Below are positions 56,521 through 64,000 of a stretch of DNA of 64,000 bases, in pieces (position 1 is the first letter of the stretch; each line of letters starts with the position of its first letter). The stretch is taken from NCBI RefSeq assembly GCF_003704095.1, contig NW_020844174.1, forward strand, positions 310,001-374,000, written 5' to 3'. The translations under genes and the position numbers were made by a program. The notes beneath the pieces are model-generated. The model saw only the letters and a program-made list of their open reading frames with translations, had not been told where the DNA came from and did not search any database. Source of the DNA: Pocillopora damicornis. Lineage: Eukaryota.

Positions 56521-59038
56521 CAGTTGTGGATGGAAAGCAAGCTCATAAACTTATCTCTAATTAGTACCCAAGTGGAAAATTGATATTTTAATTCAAGAAA
56601 ACTTGCAGGACTAGTGTATGTGGAGCAAGAGACTCAAACTACCCAAGAGAAGTACTCTGATTCTCAATTAGTGTTTCTCAAAAGAGATTAGAAAACTGTA
56701 CTGGGCTTGATCTCACAGAAGAACAAGTCTCGTATACAGAAAGAAACTTATCAATATTATATTTTGTATTTGGAGAAGTTTTAAAAAAATTGCTTCTGTG
56801 AATTCATTGCTGGTTGTGGAGAATTCAGTTCGTTGCAGCGTCTTTGGGCAGAAGTTGGTGTTTGATGATAGTCCTGATTTAGTTTTGTGGTATTTATGAT
56901 GGTTCTTAACCAGCCGTGATGTCACTCTGTTAGTAAAATGTAAGTTTTGTTGCCTCTATGATAAAAATCTCTTGTGTGTTGTACATCATAGCAGAATTTA
57001 ATCAATATGGACATTATGGGGCAGAAGGAAAGCTTCCAAAAACTAGCCCACAGTAACTATTCTAGCATATTTTCAAGGTTGGTACAAAAGACCAGAGGAA
57101 TCTGCTCAAGAACTGTTGCCTGTTGTATCTGTTTTGGGGCTTTTTGTATTATCTCTAGGGGTACTGTAGGAAATGAGGCAAGCCCTGAGCTTCAAATGAA
57201 AAAAAGGTATTTTATGTATTATTGATATCATTCTGGGTTAGGTGTAAAATTTACAGAAATGAAACTCGAAAGATCTCTCAACAGAGCCCTGAATCTTGTT
57301 AGGTGTGTTCACTGTTAGTGCAGTGGTTTGTACTTTTTTCCAAGGGTTATTTTGTTTGGTAACAGCCCAAGTTCATTTTGAACAGGTCAGCCTCAGCTTG
57401 CTTCCTTTCACATCATTTAATTTTTTTTTTTTTTTTTTGAGTAATGTTGGCTTTTGCTTACATAAATAACAACCTCTGGCAATTAAGCCCTCAGTGGTAT
57501 TGTCTAATTGTCTTGCTCTCAGGGACTTTTTCCACAAACATGAGACAGAAAGAACAAAGTAGCTTGGGTCCAATGCACTGCAGGGGATCCTTTTAATGTG
57601 ACGACAATAAAACAGTTTCATTAATTACATTGATCAAGAATTTCTTGGGCTGATTTCTTTAACATATCCACCTCTTTCTACCTCCAGAAAATATTTTGTT
57701 TGTTTTTCTAGAGGTTGAAAGACAGGTAGTGTTTATCTGAAATTCTCTAATATCGACCTTGAATTATCTGTAAGATCTTATTAAAGAGATGTGAATACCG
57801 TTTTATGTTTCATTGATGGTACTATTTGATTTATTTGGAAATACGTAACTTTGAACTTTGTAGTGGTTTTTGTCTATGGTTCACCAGTAATGGTCAAGGA
57901 TTAGTAACGTGCCTACGATTAAGAGATTGGCGATCAATTATTCTCATCCAAGAGGATCGTTTTTAACATCAATTGACACAGTACTACACAAATTTTTCGT
58001 TTTATGGTTGGTCTCTCTGCGACGCTGCTCCTATTTGGCATGCGACTTGACTTTCTCACGGTGTTCAATTTTCAAATCAGCTCACAGCGCCAGGATCATG
58101 CAAAGCTTTTCAGGAATCTCGAGGGAGGCTTCTTGCGGGGAATTTCTAAGGGATCTTGCCGGGAGAGGAGAAGTGAACGTCGGGTTCTCTCCACAATATT
58201 TCCCAATGGACACTAGCTAAGATGGAGACAATTTAGAACCAGTAACGGTTCAAGAATTCTGTAATGCGTTTTATTCCTGTTTTCTTACGGGAAAGAGATT
58301 TACGAATAGCCATGCTCTTCTAGAATTGTTTCCTAACTATTACACTAGTGTTGTTTGTCAGTCATCGACCTCATTGCGATTCTACTTCAATCTGACTTTC
58401 TACTTTGTTTTAGACCGGGTTACAATCGTCGGGTTAGGCATTTCTTATCAATAGGGAAAAAAATAGAATAAACTACACCCTTTATAATTACGCACTTATT
58501 AATTATAATACCGTGCACTAAATCGTTAATTGACAATTTTTTCTTGGTACTCATCCACCCTTTACACCCAAATATTAATGTTCACGTTTTCCATACTGTT
58601 CACAATACATTTCCCTTTGGTAAAGAACTTTTTAAACAATCGAGAGCTTCTGTAGTTGGTGATCATTCCCTCTTCTCATGACACTAATCGTTGACTCACC
58701 AGTGAAACTGTAATTAGGTGCGGGTTTAACGTCTAGACAAACAGCTGTCGAGTTTTGGATACTAATCTGACTCCCAAATTTCTTTTTCTCTGCATATTCT
58801 TTCAGCAAACAACCTTTTTCTGTCCAAACCTGCATCGCACACTTTCTCTACTTCAAGTACTTTCTATTCTTGTTAGTCAGCGGTTTGGATTTGGGGCTCA
58901 AATTCACCATAGTAACTTACAGATTGCAATAACAAGAAGCGGGAACTTCAGTAGAGTGAACTATCAGCTACATATTTCATGTTTACCTGACTTTCTGGTC
59001 TTCTCAAAGCAAATATTTTCTGCGTAGAAAAGTGAATA

Positions 59039-62000
59039 ATGGAAGAAGATTTAGAGCAAAGGTCTGGGGCTCAATCGCGTGTAGCAAGCGCAACTTCGTC
59101 GCATGTAGATGGCGAAGGAGATGTAGTCGTGGAGGAGGTGAAAGCCACTCCGACATCTTTGGTGAGTTTTGCTACGATCTATGTGTATTTCATCTATAAA
59201 AAACGCACTTAATTCATAATCATGTTGCTGAATAAGTATTTTATTCTCTCTCGTAGAATATGTGTTGGTCGTTTGGTGTAAACAGGCATGTCCCAGTTCA
59301 GAATTTATCGAATGGAAGTCGAAAGGTACAAATTTCAAAATTGTGTTTTAGTTGGTTTTGGTTGATTTTTATCTTAAATTTACAGCGACATTTCAAACTC
59401 TGCGACAAATCTATAACGTAAACTTAACTTACGTACCATGACACGAAATGAACCAACGTCTGTCTGTCCTACCTACAATACCAACTCATCTTGATGCACA
59501 GACCGAACACATCTTTTCCTTTTTTTCAGGTGGCGTTCTATGTTTGTTCTCATGTTGGAATGATGTTTGACTGGGAAGCAAACAAACAACAACTTCTACA
59601 AGGCCATGTAAGATGTAGTCCTAAAATTTTTCAATTCTTACTTTGGGAAAATGTTTAGTCGTTATAGGAGATTTTTCCCACAGATCAACTTGTGCAGTTA
59701 TGCTAACACCTCGTTACTCCCTCCCCTCCTCCCCTTAGGAATTTTTCTAGCATTTACGATAAATTAACACGCTTGTTACTATTATTCTTTCTTTAGTGTA
59801 ATGCTATTGCCTGTACATGTGTCAGTGAGGACAGGCGATGGGTTGCAACCGCAGACTGTGGTAAAGACAGTATGGTTATTATCTGGGACTCATTCACAAC
59901 GTAAGAAAGTATCTGTTACATGTAGCATAAATTTGATAAAAAGTATGAAAGTGGCATAAGTGTGCAGGGAATGCAGATATACAAGACATTTTTTTATTTC
60001 CTTTATTTTCTATTTTTTCATGTTTTTCATTATTTTTAGATGGACAAAACATGCACATAGCTACATTTTCTTATTGTGCTTTTGCTTACCAAGTTCCATT
60101 TAATGATGTTAATTCTGCCCATCATCAAAATTAAAAAAAAAACATACAATCATGACATTCTGTTTTCATTTTTATTATCCATCCCAAAAGTCCCCCATAA
60201 TTACTGGAAAAAGCCTTAGTTAGCAATCAAATACAACCCTGCATGTACAAGAGATTTGTAAACATAACTGTAATTCTATTACTCTAAGTATTGATTTTTT
60301 GTAGCTCATCACAATCAAGTGGGGGGTATGGTTCGATGTGTATTTCTTGTGTTGCAGTATTCCAGTACAGACAATATTTGAAGCTCATCCCAATGGCTGT
60401 GCAGCCATTGCCATGTCTCCAGATGCTAAATATATTGCCACAATAAGCAGTACCCTACCACAGGTAATAAGTAAACCTACTTGTCCAAAATGGATAACCA
60501 AGTGCAACTTTGGTAAAATTTCTGCACAGCCCTCCTCAACTATTGTAAAACAAAGTCTTAGCATCAAAGGCAGTCTACTATTGTTGCCATTGTTTTCTTT
60601 ATCCAAGAACTGTATATGTAACGAAGTATATAACAGCTGTATTAATGGTTAATAATTTCCTTCATAGTAGTATGAAGGATACTTACCACATATGTGCCTA
60701 GTATATGGCCTAAATTACCAAAAAGTTCTCTGTAGTTTAGTGGTATGGCAGCAAATAGGGAAATTCTGAACTCTGAAGTTCAAATATTTGTGCATGATCC
60801 TTGGTAGTTTTCATTCATCCACTCACACAACAAACTATTAATAATATTTTTTCATTGAGAAGAGCAAATTTATGAACATTTCCCTTAATGTGCTTTTCTG
60901 ATGGGAAATAAATATTTGAGTTCAGTTATTTTCCAATTTTTCAAAGTTGAAGGGAAGTAGTAGCAGCAGCTAATCTGAGATCCTGTGTGATCCAAGAGAC
61001 AGAAATATTTTCAATCTAAAAATATACACTTTGGGAAAAGTATTTAGAGTTAAAAATAGGGTGGGTATCAGTTTTTACTGTAATAAATGAATTATCAAGT
61101 GATCCAGTACAATTTAATCATGACTTATCTGAATAAACTTTTTTATTCATTTGGTTGTTTATCAGACTGTATCTGTGTGGGATTGGACAGTTAATGGTGA
61201 CATGCCGATGTGTTCTGTAGTGCTCGGTGATGACTTTGGAAAACAGGTAGAAATGTTAGCTTGCCAATAGCATTAAAGATGTTACTAAGTAACTTTGAAT
61301 AGTTGGGAGAAATTGATAATATGGTCTGTGGCCTGCTTTTGGTACAAAATGAATGTGTCATGGACCCCCTCTTTTCTTTGCTTGTCTTTACCTTCTCTTC
61401 GTTGCTCAAGCCATTTGATTTACTTGTATTTCTGAAGATTATTTAGTTTGGTTGTGCAACAAAATGTACTTCTTCTTTTCTTAGGACAAATTTACAGTTT
61501 GGTTAAAATATTTGTTATTCTCACAGAATTACATCACATTTAACCCAGAGGATACAAGTGAACTTGTCAGTAACAGTGAGTCTCAAGTTATTTTTTATCA
61601 GTGGGTAAGTCAACAGAGAAAATGTTGTTCTAAGAAGTAACTAATAGCAGCCCACTCCATGGCAGATATCAGACTGAGTGTGATTTGCTTAAGGGTGAAT
61701 GTTTAGAATGACTCCTTGTGACATCTAGACTTGTCCAGGGGTTAACTATTGGTGATTATCAAAATAGATTGTTTTTATGCTTTGAGAGGTATATAAAAAT
61801 ATTAATCACTTACATGTTGCCTTTTCTACCTGACCTTTGGATTCCAGAGCTCTTAATTTTCTCCTAAGAGATTCTTGAATGAATTAGATTTTGTGTTGTA
61901 TGGTATATTATTTTGCCAAATACTAAACATTCTTCTGATCATTAAATTTTCAGAATGAGAAGGCTTTAGAGTTTGTTGCTCCACCCCTCACAGACAAGGT

Positions 62001-63793
62001 AATACTTATGGTCTTTGTTTATATCTTGAGAGCTTTTTTTCGGAGACAATGTGTCAAATAATTTCACCAAAAAAATTACTTTAATCAATCATTAATTACT
62101 TTACTGTAAGAGAAAAAAACCAAAGTTACAAATCTGATTAGGTGACATTGCAATTTAAGTGAACCACCAAAAACATAATGGATTTTACAGTCAACATGCA
62201 TTGTTGGAGATATCTTGCTGTTAGATCAAATCATTCTTGCTTGATTCCTGGAATATGAGCTGATGACTGGGTCTGAGTTAGTTTCCAGTGACCAGGGCAG
62301 TATTGTACCAGGGGGCTGGATAGTGACAACAGAATTTAACCCTGGAATACCCCAGGCACCCATGTTCTATCTTAAAGCAAAGTAGCAGGTTGATTGCATC
62401 TTTTTGGTTTTTAATCTATTATACATGTAGCAGACTGAGATAGACTCCTCAGAGGGTGTGGTATCTTATTCCTCCTCACAATATCACCCCTGAATCATTC
62501 ATTAAGGTGACAAGAATCAAGGAAATGATCACCAACTGGAGAAGCTCTTGATTGTTACCCAAATTCTCATTGTTAGCACATTAGGAAATGTCTAAAGAAT
62601 AGTATGGGGAATATGCGTCCTGATGTTAGGTAAAAAAGGGTTAAACTTGAATTTAAAAAATAATTTATTTGCTCTTTGTAGGATTTCAACCGGAGTGTTG
62701 GGCTCTACAGTCAGTCCATTTTTCAGCTCCAGTCCCCCAGAGCACTCACAGCCACAAGTTGTGGAAACATAGTGGTTTGGGAACATACTGGAGGGGACTT
62801 AAAATGTAACAGAAAAGCATTCAAGATTGTGAAATTGCAAGAGAAAGCTCTTACAGTACTCACAACTACTAACAGGTAACTAAGTGTTATCAAAAGGCAC
62901 AGGCCTGGGTTGTTCAAAAATTCAATAGCACAGTACATTTTGCAATCAGTTATCAGCTGGATGGTGATTTATCAGTTGGATAGTGTCATCTACCCTTTAT
63001 GTAACTGGGCCCAGATCATTAAAAGTTTAAGTCCTCTGATACACATGTCCTACTGCAAAGTTTTGAATCTAGACCTAGTCAGGAACCTTCATTTACAAAA
63101 AGGAGTAACCAGTTCTTGGACAGCTAACATCTTATTATGAACATCTCTGTTTTTAGTGAACATAAATTAAAAGTTAAATTCATTTTTTAGGTTCATTGTG
63201 ACAGGAGATGTGGCAGGTCATGTGAGATTTCTTGATCAACAGCTCAGGCTCACTAATTGGTATTAAAATCATTCTTTTTAATTTCATTCAAATTTATTAT
63301 GTAAATTACAATGCAGTAAATTCCAATGCTTACTATAAAAATGTTAACTTATAACAATACTACTGATTCACTGTACTACTGAAAATTTACTTCTTACATT
63401 AATTTAGCATACTCTCAAAAATGTAACTTGCACAGATGTTTTTTTTAATTTGCTATGGCTTAGGGCCAAATATCTTCCTGTACATTCAGACCCAACTCAG
63501 TCAATTAGCACTTAACGATATGACTGCTTCAGGGCATAATTGCTTAATTACATGTAGTTATTTATAGTCACCACAATTTGATATTTGTATCATAATGTAT
63601 ATAATTATCATCATTGTCCTTTGATAATGATCATCACAATAAGTATCGTCAGGCATGATCATCAATGTTGTTGTTATCTTGATCAATTCATTATTGGACA
63701 TAATTTTATCCACCTCAACAGGTATAAGCACTTCAATGCTGGTCCTATCAATGCAGTATCATTTTCTTACTCACCAAAGACAGTTGACGGACA
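59039..63793 (+). CDS. CFAP251: Cilia- and flagella-associated protein 251 (WDR66), 5' eleven coding exons; continues beyond window
   Basis: Approx. exons 59039-59161, 59257-59325, 59530-59607, 59797-59900, 60358-60463, 61166-61246, 61527-61604, 61954-61998, 62682-62875, 63191-63259, 63722-63793. [68 protein letters not shown]. Start codon less certain. Confidence 0.9.
62485..62644. mobile_element. piggyBac-type MITE fragment
   Basis: aaggaaatgatcaccaact..aagctcttgattg..caaattctc..gtcctgatgttagg...aaagggTTAA; same subfamily as 12209-12419. Confidence 0.6.
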
Positions 63794-64000
63794 GTAAGTG
63801 TCAAATGGAACTAATAATCATTATCATATGTGATTGTTCACTAAAACCATCTAATGGCTTTAAACTTTCCAAAGTTTGCAAAAGTTATCTATATACACAG
63901 AAATCTCTCCAGTAATGATCCTATGCCTTGAATATTTAATTTTGTTCTTCGTCTCAAAACTGATTAATTCTAAATGAAGTAATCTCATTTATACATGATG

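Noticed and set aside
57909-58900. Additional gene between LIS1 and CFAP251
   Set aside because: Short ORFs on both strands with no recognisable domain and no consistent splice model; may be UTR, promoter or lncRNA

Overview
Eukaryotic, AT-rich, intron-dense genomic DNA. The repeat content and gene set suggest a stony coral or related anthozoan (inference). Gene models were hand-spliced from GT/AG sites with reading-frame phases checked. In order: 5' part of S6 kinase (RPS6KB, -), FBXO22-like (-), ROGDI (-) head-to-head with B3GLCT (+). B3GLCT introns carry an antisense stand-alone histone H2B variant and an antisense orphan basic ORF. Then a SOUL/HEBP2-like gene (-) and a 5-exon secreted two-ShK-domain gene (+) whose third intron contains, on the same strand, an intronless 619-aa cGAS-like receptor (cGLR/Mab21 nucleotidyltransferase) with a ~250-aa C-terminal extension. 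After that come a 1.5-kb internally deleted Maverick/Polinton-like relic, a small twin-Cys (CHCH-like) gene head-to-head with PAFAH1B1/LIS1 (+), and the 5' part of CFAP251/WDR66 (+). Also present: many MITEs, a tRNA-bearing retroelement inserted as an inverted duplication, a 27-bp minisatellite and one 10-N gap. The most interesting unit is the ShK-host/nested-cGLR locus (34.7-43.6 kb). Family assignments come from motif recognition, not database searches.
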